Of a stretch of DNA of 43,916 nt, positions 43,023-43,916 are shown in pieces; the stretch's first letter is position 1, and each line of letters opens with the position of its first letter. Under the pieces are notes generated by a model. That model had not been told where the DNA came from. It searched no databases and worked only from the letters and a program-made list of their open reading frames with translations. A program made the position numbers and the translations under genes. The DNA comes from Chiloscyllium plagiosum (lineage: Eukaryota). The stretch is taken from contig NC_057718.1 of NCBI RefSeq assembly GCF_004010195.1, positions 13,865,026-13,908,941 of the forward strand, read 5' to 3'.

Positions 43023-43916
43023 GTGAAAGCGACAGGGAGTATGGAGTTAAATGGAAAGATAAGCAGGAGGATAGCATGTATGCAGGTGGATTTAACTTTG
43101 AGGCAGATTAGGAATGCAACAAAAAGGAAGGATAACTTAGGAAATCTTATGACTTCCAATATCTCTAATGACAAGAATGTTAGCATTAAGGCACTTTATC
43201 TGAATGCTCGTAGCATTCATAACAAAGTAGATGAACTAACGGCACAGATCATCGTGAATGATTATGATGTGGTAGGCATCACAGAGACATGGTTGCAGGG
43301 GGTTCAGGACTGGCAGTTAAACATCCAAGGATTTACAACTTATCGAAAAGACAGGGAGGTGGGCAGAGGGGGCGGGTGGCCTTGTTAGTTAAGAACAAAA
43401 TTAAATCTATGGCACTGAATGTCATAGGGTCGGATAATGTGAGTCTGTGTGGGTGGAATTGAGGAACCACAAAGGCAAAAAAACCATAATGGGAGTTATG
43501 TACAGACCTCCTAACAGTGGTCAGGACCTGGGGCGCAACATGTACCGGGAAATAGAAAAGGCATGTCAGAAAGGCAAGGTCACGGTGATCATGGGGGACT
43601 TCAATATGCAGGTGGACTGGGTAAATAATGTTGCCAGTGGATCCAAAGAAAGGGAATTCATGGAATGCTTACAGGATGGCTTTTTGGAACAGCTTGTCAT
43701 GGAGCCCACAAGGGAGCAGGCTATTTTGGACCTAGTGCTATGTAATGAACCAGACTTTATAAAAGATCTTAAAGTAAGGGAACACTTAGGAAGCAGCGAT
43801 CATAATATGGTAGAGTTCAGTCTGCAGTTTGAAAGAGAGAAGGCAAAATCGGATGTAATGGTATTACAGTTAAATAAAGGTAATTATGAGGGCATGAGAG
43901 AGGAACTGACGAAAAT
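43023..43916 (+). pseudogene. CR1 ORF2 APE endonuclease domain (frameshifted, partial)
   Basis: ALYLNARSIHNK, VGITETWL, RGGG, YRPP, MGDFN, ILDLVL, LGSSDHN. Confidence 0.92.

Larger units (their letters stand above)
41387..43916 (+). mobile_element. 5'-complete CR1 LINE (modular 5'UTR, ORF1, start of ORF2), antisense within a tetraspanin intron; continues beyond the window
   Basis: CpG-rich duplicated 5'UTR, ORF1 from 42058, ORF2 endonuclease from about 43023. Confidence 0.92.

Overview
Eukaryotic, repeat-dominated DNA from a cartilaginous fish. The HE1/V-SINE, SacSINE1-like and HER1/CR1 repeat content suggests a shark, possibly a carpet or bamboo shark (inference). The only host gene I can support is the 3' end of a TspanC8 tetraspanin, TSPAN33-like, on the minus strand: three phase-0 exons at 40447-40575, 39464-39625 and 37901-37966. 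Most of the rest is nested retroelements. These are many CR1 LINEs (one with 5'UTR, esterase ORF1 and endonuclease, inside the tetraspanin intron), the 5' end of an L1, and a Gmr1-type Gypsy element with integrase upstream of RT inserted into a SINE. There is also a second Gypsy integrase fossil, tRNA-derived SINEs, and Penelope-like elements (RT + GIY-YIG). The most unusual layer is a set of minimal hammerhead-ribozyme motifs (CTGANGA..GAAA) from at least three Penelope-derived families. Three Penelope-derived insertions have long (11-17 bp) target-site duplications, and two of them are fold-back (inverted) structures. I found no prokaryotic system, CRISPR array, rRNA or true tRNA gene. Repeat boundaries are by eye and approximate unless a TSD is given.
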